From Podarcis cretensis (lineage: Eukaryota), in contig OX638154.1 in assembly GCA_951804945.1 (NCBI GenBank), positions 32,364,001-32,428,000 of the forward strand: a stretch of 64,000 nt of DNA. The letters run 5' to 3'. Under the pieces are notes generated by a model. It was not told the origin of the DNA. It did not search any database and saw only the letters and a list, made by a program, of their open reading frames with translations. Shown here in pieces: positions 61,354-64,000 of this stretch; within the stretch, counting starts at the first letter, position 1; each line of letters begins with the position of its first letter. A program made the position numbers and the translations under genes.

Positions 61354-63681
61354 TTTTCCAGAGGCTGGAAATTGCTCCTCTTATGAGACTCTATAATGGT
61401 GATATTAAAGCAAATGCAAAGGATGATTGGAGATAAGCTGGTGGCATACTTCAATCCAGGCAGAAAGATTTACCAACAAGCTATTCCCAGGGCTTTCGTA
61501 TTATGTGGACACAACTCAAAACAGCAAACAGCATCATCACCCACCACTAGAAACCAATAGGCTATTGAATCCAGTCACTGGGAAGAGCATTGTAAGATGT
61601 TCCAGGTAAAATGGTCAACACAAGTAGAAGCTATCAGGGGCCTTATCTCTATAACCTGACCCAAGGTGGGGTGAACTTCTGCTGGATGGACACATCCTGG
61701 TTTATACTTCTGCAGAAAGAAATGTTGCAAAAGGACACTTGAATATTATCTGGAAGTGACATTCATGGGTAGCTTGTAATATTTAAAGCACCCTTTGCAA
61801 AACCTAATGCCCTCCACATGTTTTGGGCTACAACTCTCACCAGCCCCCTAGTTAGAATGCAAGATTGCTTAGTCTTGCCTGCCTTGGGCAGCACCATAGT
61901 AAATTGTAGAATGACCAGGCAATCTCAGACAAGAGTTTGATCAGTGGCTGGAAAGAAGATGAGTTTTCTCTGCTTTACTGCTGTTATTGCCCTAACTTGG
62001 GGGTGATTTTCAAAGAAAAGTTCTGGTTGAGTGTCCCTTGCCCTTCTCAGCAGTAGCACTTGTGGTGAATTTCCTTCCTTTTAGGGTGGGCAGAAGATAG
62101 ATCTGTGTCTGCTGGTAGATCTCAGGACATTCTACAAGAATTTCTGACTCTCAGTTGCTTGAAAAAAGCAGTAACAGAATTAACAAGTGCTGCCAGCACA
62201 TTATACTGCTGGAATGAAGAAAGGTTGGGAAACCTGTGTGGAAGGACTGTGAGCTTTGTTCGATTCAGGCTCTCAAAATGAGTTCCTAGGCTCTGAATTC
62301 TTTAATTCTTAGTGTGTGTGTTTCGAGGATCTTGGGGTTCTAGTAAAAAAGCAAGATCCCACAAGCCTGAAGTCTGCCAGTACCTGATGTAGGTAAGTTG
62401 CAGGCTACTTCCTTCTAGCAGTGCCATTGGGAAAGTAGCTAATGCTTCTTTAAGTGAGAGGAGAATGGGAACTTTGCAACTCATTTAAACTTAGTTAACT
62501 GCAAGGGATAGCAGATTTGCCTGGAACCAGCATAAACTGATAATAGTGTGATTTAAGAAAAGGACATTTTTGAAGAAACATAGCTGGCTTGGTACTATAT
62601 GGCAAATATAACAACAGATGTACTGAGTTTTGTGTTGCGTCCATTTATGTTTGTTGCTATTGAAATTTTGAATAAAAATGCTTTTTTTTTTAAAGGAACA
62701 TAGCTATTCTGCCAAGGCATATGCTTTCAGATTAATTGTCATATAGTGCTGCTATGAGAGGGAAGATAGGTTTTGGTGAAGTCTTTCCCTTCCACCTTTC
62801 CAGTGTGGGAGTTCTGAAAGGAAGTGAAGATCTATGAGGCTCTGAAACCAGAACAAACTGGCAGGGTTGAATCTGCCATTCCATGAAGTATGAACAAATC
62901 TAGCAGGGCCTCAAACCTATTTAGCCCCTTTCATCTGTTGGATTACAGACCAATCAGAGATATCTGCCTGTCAGACCCTGATATCTCCTCTGAGTGTGCA
63001 TGGTCACGTGATTTGAGTGCCCGTCTTGTAGAAGGTGTCCTGTCTGCCCAGAGGCTTCCTTTTCTTTTGGATATTTCTGAACTCGTGGATGATTATTACT
63101 TATGAATCGCCTTTTGTATTTGTGTGAGAAAGTGATTTGCAGTCGTATCACAGGAGTAATGAGTGATGGTCTTATGGCATCTGCTTATCATGTCCTGACT
63201 TTGCCAGTTGTGGAGGCAATGTGTGAAGGAGTGTGAGCTACAAGGAATGAAACATGAACAATGAAATATTTAGTGGTGGTTTTCCTCATTTATATTTACC
63301 CATGGTAAAATAACTACTGTCACAGGTTAAGCCTGTGTGGTGGCTGGGCCCTATAGACAAGAGAGAGGGTGTCCAGTAAAACAAATGGAGTCATAACAGA
63401 CGTTAACTGTTCTTGGGACCTTCTGGTTGCTCTTGCACCTTCTCAGGTGTGCACAGCTATTCTTTGCAGTGGTTTGGGAAGCCTAAATGGTGTCCCCACA
63501 CAATCCTTTTTTACATCAGCTAAATTTAGATGCATGAAAGGGTTGGTTGCGCCAGGTGTTGCTTCTGTAGCATCTGAAGCAGGGCTTCATCTCTTCCTGC
63601 TTACCTTCCATTGACATTAGTGTGAAACTGATGTGCAGATTATCACATTTTGCATTTGGTCCATTTGAATGTTACACTACA

Positions 63682-64000
63682 TGTTGTGGTTCGAGGACCC
63701 GATCCCCGCATAGTGGAATGAAAACACACGGACACGTGATATAAGGTTAATGGGCAAGAAAAGGCCACAACTTTATTGATTACAGCAAGTGAAAAGGTAT
63801 TGGCTTAGGCATTGGATCATGTCAGTTGACTCCACCCACTCGGAGAGGGGTGAGTCTAAAAGGGGGGTTTATTCACCAGTAGGTGGAGCCTGTTGATGCT
63901 AATCCAACTATAAGCTCTCCCCTGATGTCACCGAGGGTCGTGCCATGGCCTCCCGCCACACAGGCATCGGACAGAATACACGACCGCTGGATTCCTTTAA
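63682..64000 (-). mobile_element. Probable LTR in minus orientation, cut off by the window end
   Basis: Abrupt shift to CpG-containing sequence starting TGTTG (ends ...CAACA on -); minus-strand AATAAA at 63772-63777, about 90 nt from that end. Confidence 0.55.

Larger units (their letters stand above)
41330..64000 (+). other. Non-coding, repeat-rich region; probably the long 5' intron of CPNE1 (no copine coding exon seen)
   Basis: Inference from the mammalian layout, where RBM12 is nested in a CPNE1 intron; no copine-like peptide in the ORF track. Confidence 0.5.

Overview
Vertebrate genomic DNA from a squamate reptile, probably a lacertid lizard (it carries a Sauria SINE, a BovB LINE and MIR/Ther1-derived SINEs with a (CTT)n tail). 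It holds the RBM39 - ROMO1 - NFS1 - RBM12/(CPNE1) gene block known from mammals. Genes read from the sequence: the last six coding exons and 3' UTR of RBM39 (+); ROMO1 (-, 79 aa); complete 13-exon NFS1 (+, 441 aa), head-to-head with ROMO1 on a compact CpG-island promoter; and RBM12 (+), with a CpG-island promoter, a non-coding 87-nt exon and a single coding exon whose start codon lies in a 179-N assembly gap. The last ~22.7 kb has no recognisable coding exon and is, by synteny only, probably CPNE1 intron. Introns are dense in transposon relics. I found no new multi-gene system. The best unusual signals are: an intact-looking minimal hammerhead ribozyme in a Penelope-type insertion in NFS1 intron 4, a sense-oriented solo LTR in NFS1 intron 3, a GC-AG intron half filled by a hairpin MITE, and a possible 8-nt micro-exon in the RBM12 promoter. 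Repeat family names and human comparisons come from recalled knowledge, not database searches.
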